From positions 4,278,001 through 4,342,000 of the forward strand of contig JBHGNT010000007.1 in NCBI GenBank assembly GCA_043228905.1: a stretch of DNA of 64,000 bases, in the 5' to 3' direction. A model generated the notes under the pieces. That model ran no database searches. It was not told the DNA's origin and saw only the letters and a list, made by a program, of their open reading frames with translations. This document shows, one piece after another, positions 60,076 to 64,000 of the stretch. A program made the translations under genes and the position numbers. The stretch's first letter is position 1. Each line of letters starts with the position of its first letter. The stretch comes from Azolla caroliniana. Lineage: Eukaryota; Plantae; Polypodiophyta.

Positions 60076-61178
60076 TACATTAGAATTTTTTGTGGCTCCT
60101 TATCATTTTAACGTTTCGATTTCAATTTTTCCGAGTTTTTGATTTGGGTTCGACGTGCGAAGGTACTGTCCCACGACCATGCCAAGTGTTATCCATGGGA
60201 CAAAAGGGATAAAGTGTGAAACAAATCTAGAGAAACGAGTAGGTAAAGTAGGTGAAAAAGACTCAACTGAGAATGAAGGAGGTAAACGAAATACGCGCAA
60301 CTGGGAATGGACTCAGCCAAAAATGAGAAGAATGATTAGAGCACACCAAGAGGAAACAGAAGCTATAAAAAAGTGAGCAGAAGCAGCAAGAAGGGAGCGT
60401 GGAATAAGAGAGGGAGATACTCCTATTATAGTAGGAAGAGAGAACTATAGTTGTATGTCTGTTTTCTATCAAAGAGAGTGAATAGAGTTTCGGCCGAGAG
60501 CCGTGTAATCATTTTATCAAAATCTTATAATATACATAATTGTGGGTCTAATCATGTCGTGTCATCAATTATTCATCTGTACTTTGGGATTTCTATCCCA
60601 GTTTCAAGTGCAATTCATAAGGTTGGTTGTGGCTGACTATTTTTCGTAATTGATCAGGTTGTGACATCCCTGTTTTTCCATTCCTACATAACCATGATTC
60701 CTTGACCTGATTACCCTAGGAGTAATCGAAGGTGTTACCTCCGAGGAAGAGACAACATCAAGAACACATTTAACTCTGGACCTCCCATTGGTTAAAATTG
60801 GTCTCTTTATGGACGATACAGTTTTTTTCTAAATTCTAAATACTACATTCTCTTGGTGAAAGCACGGAATTTGTTAAACATCTTCTTAGTCTCTTCTACC
60901 AACCTAACCTCCGTTGGGAGAGGGATGTCTTGTAACACCACTAGAAAACTAGAATATGAACTTGAGGAAATGATCCCCACATGCAAATATCCATAAATTA
61001 TACAAAACAATACCTTCCAACTTCTTCATATAGGCTTTCACCCCATGTCTACTATCAAACATGAAAGCATTACACATATTTTAATTGTGTTGCAGTCCCT
61101 AATATCATAAAAATTGGAACAATATCTCCAACTTGTTGAGGACTATTTTGAACATACTAAGAACAAACCCATTGTTGA

Positions 61179-62030
61179 GACCGCTCATAAAGTATGGAAA
61201 TGTGGTGGTGCAGCCTTTCAACCTCAAAGTCATCCAAAGTGTTCTAGTTCGACCTCAAAGACCTAAATATATGATGAGCGTTTGTCTTGTTTCCTAGGAG
61301 TAATATATTTTACGCCAAATGGCATGCTCCATTCTACAAACATATTCAACCAAGGAAATATTCCAAAGCATATTGCACTTTTGCATGAGATTTTATTGAA
61401 CAATCAAAGATTGACTTGACTCCATATTGGGATGACATCAAATATATTTGGTCATTGTTCTAGAGAAGACTAAATATGATGAGACTTTGTCTTGTTTCAC
61501 AGAAGAAATATGTTGCACCTAGTGTGTTCAATGAACATTTTGGCCCCATTGATAGTTCTATTAAACATTGTAGATGATGCAATCTCATTGTAAGAATTCA
61601 TAGCAAATCAAACCATATCACCCCACACCACATATCAACATTACCTACATGGTCATTGAAGGTGATAAATTATCACCATAGTTATTATCACCACATGTTG
61701 AGAATATGTTTTAGAATACTCCGAACAATTCTATACTTATTCTACCAATGTTTGAAATTTTCACATATTCCACATATTCTAAGTATTTTATGTATTTAAA
61801 AAGTATTTAAGGTTTCCAAAACGCTAAAAAAAAAAAATAAGAAAAATTTAAATATTAAGAAGCATTATAACGCATTTTACATGTATTTAACGTATTTTAT
61901 TTGTAGAATATGTAGTCTAAGTATTTTTTAACAAAAGGGAATAATACTTTAAAGTAGTTAGCTACATATTCTATGCATATTGTATGCCAATGATTCTACA
62001 ACATTGGTTATTACCCTATATGTTAGTATA
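61179..62030 (+). repeat. Older diverged copy of the secreted-gene upstream region (10305-11165)
   Basis: Collinear matches such as CTTGACTCCATATTGGGATGACATCAAATATATTTGGTCATTG. Confidence 0.8.
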
Positions 62031-62566
62031 CCTCTACACAAATTTTTTTGTATGTATCTTCCAAACCAACAAGTAACAATCACGAAAGGTTCACATGTAC
62101 TACATAAAAGTGCTATACTTGTCACAAAATGTTAATATCAAGATTCAAACCTATAGCCTTCAAACAAGAGTCTTACGGTCTTTCAATTAACAAATATGCA
62201 TGTCATATTATTATTATTTAGAGTTATGTGGCGTTGTACACAATGGATGATCGCCAAATGGCATGTGTGTATGTACTTTAAGTGGCACACAACATGTATG
62301 CTAAGTGACGATCATGCATGATCCCATGTACGGTATATAAATGGAATATATGTTTAGTGTTGAACCATTCCAATGCAATGTGAGTCTTAAGTAACCTTGT
62401 CATCTTGGCCTCTGGGTAATACAAATCCTGGTCTTCTTGTTCTGTTATTGTCTTCTTGTTCTTTTCTTCGAAATCGACATCGTCTTCAAAGCTTCGGTTG
62501 TGACCGTTTGAATCGGAATACACTTTTCCTTTTTCCCAAATATTTGGCCGAATCTTCTCATCACAA

Positions 62567-63295
62567 TGGAGACTATTAGTAAACAAGAGTATATGTGTAT
62601 TGTATCTAAGCTTGATCTCCTAATGACAAAATTTGTCACATTGGAACAAGAGAATCAAAAGCTTCTTTGCAACTTGTAGTGAGGGTTGAAAAGGCACAAC
62701 AACATGAAGTCAACTCTCTAAACATGTCCAACAACTTGAAGCCGATGTGTTATCTCTTCAACAACAAGGTTCAATATCTCAAAGCTTGTTGAAGGAACCC
62801 AAAATTAGTTTGCCAACAAAGTTTGATGGTACGATGTCTTTAAATTCAAGGATTATTAAATCAGATGTGCCTTGTAATTCATATGCATCCCAACTGATAT
62901 CCAATTGACAAAGCTTGATTGGGTTAGTTGGAACATTTGACAAGAACCACACCAACATGGTTTGCACCATTGCTATAGAAGAAGTCTGGGCCCCTATACT
63001 AGTCTAAGAGAACTTTGATATGTTTATCAATTATTTCCTAGCTAGTTTTGGTGATACAAATAGTGTAAGAACGATGATAAACAAAATCAAATTAACATTG
63101 CGTCAAGGAGATTGGTTTGCCGCAACTTACACAACATATTTTTGTCTTCTTGCTTGTGATATCCCTTTAGATGAAGTGGCGATAATGGACTTATTCCGAC
63201 ATGGTTTGCATAATTATGTTAAAGACTTACTTCTGACATTTCATGAACCTAAATTACTGACAAAAGCTATTAGCCACACAATTTTACCTCTTTGA
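62567..63295 (+). pseudogene. gag: Highly decayed Tcn1-like gag
   Basis: Start resembles 44570; KEPKISLPTKFDG, FGDTNSVRTMINKI, LRQGD, VKDLLLTF. Confidence 0.8.
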
Positions 63296-63499
63296 GAATC
63301 AACTTCGATCTCGTGTTGATCTCCAAACAAATAGTCTTGATGCCTACCACCTTTGAAAGCCCATCATTGCCCATCTTCACAACTCTGAAATGCCCTTAAG
63401 AATAAGAAGTAAAAAACACCCTTCTAAATGTGACATGGAACGATGCCCCATTATCAACAATCCAATTAGTTTCATTGTAACCAAGACTAATTAGGTTTT

Positions 63500-63905
63500 C
63501 ATCAAAAACGAGTAAATCATCTAAGAAACTTGTATTAGCATGATTAGAATTTCATGCTTAACACTAGATGTGTCGTTCTTCTTTTTTCATTTGAAACAGT
63601 ACCTCTTTATTCTTGTTTTACCACAAAAATGACATTCTAAATCCTTATACTTAGGTTTTGATTTACTCCTACTCCTTCAGTTGTTATGACTTTGGCTTGT
63701 ATGCATACTCCTCCCTCTATCAACCATCAAGATCTCCAAATGTGATGATGTCCCTTGTGTCCTTCACTACATCTCCTTGTTTAGAACACTGCTCTTGACA
63801 TATTCTGTAGTCACAATTCCGTTTGGCGCTACATTAGTTAATGATACCCTAAAAGTTTCCCATGAATCAGGAAGGGTGTTTAACAACCAAAGTGCAAGTA
63901 TCTTG
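63500..63905 (-). pseudogene. gag: Ty1/Copia gag fragment
   Basis: ILALWLLNTLPDSWETFRVSLTN..VKSSVLNKE. Confidence 0.75.
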
Positions 63906-64000
63906 AATGATGATGATGGAAAGAAGAGAGAAAGAAGATATATAAATCCAAATCTACAAAGATATATTGATAACACCTCAACCACACTACATGAACGGGA

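Larger units (their letters stand above)
33951..60757 (+). mobile_element. Tat-like Gypsy element expanded by nested insertions (5' LTR 33951-34518, 3' LTR 60187-60757)
   Basis: Homologous LTRs; TCAAG immediately before 33951 and after 60757; PBS TGGCATGCCCGG after the left LTR; coiled-coil ORF remnant before the right LTR. No clear PPT. Confidence 0.6.

Overview
Eukaryotic, repeat-dense genomic DNA, most likely from a non-seed land plant (fern, lycophyte or bryophyte; inferred from a Tcn1-type chromovirus plus tRNA-Trp-primed non-chromovirus Ty3/Gypsy elements). Most of the window is nested, mostly decayed LTR retrotransposons: several Ty1/Copia elements, two Gypsy non-chromoviruses (G1, G2), a self-priming chromovirus, a Tat-like element that appears to bracket about 27 kb of nested insertions, and three Gag-only non-autonomous elements (NA1-3) that share cis-signals with G1. 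Non-LTR content: a duplicated orphan secreted-protein gene (9317-9703, 31775-32098), a six-exon coiled-coil/RING-H2 (pseudo)gene with an intronic 52/104-bp satellite, a probable URB2 gene fragment, and hAT-like ends. Most notable observations: (1) antisense tRNA-like Pol III A/B-box modules in the LTRs of unrelated retrotransposon lineages; (2) a young capsid-only element with an intact 707-aa ORF whose zinc knuckle is replaced by a repeat tail; (3) a conserved -1 frameshift signal between protease and RT; (4) the RING gene with its satellite; (5) secreted paralogues differing only by non-synonymous changes. All calls were made by eye; family names come from recalled motifs, not database searches.
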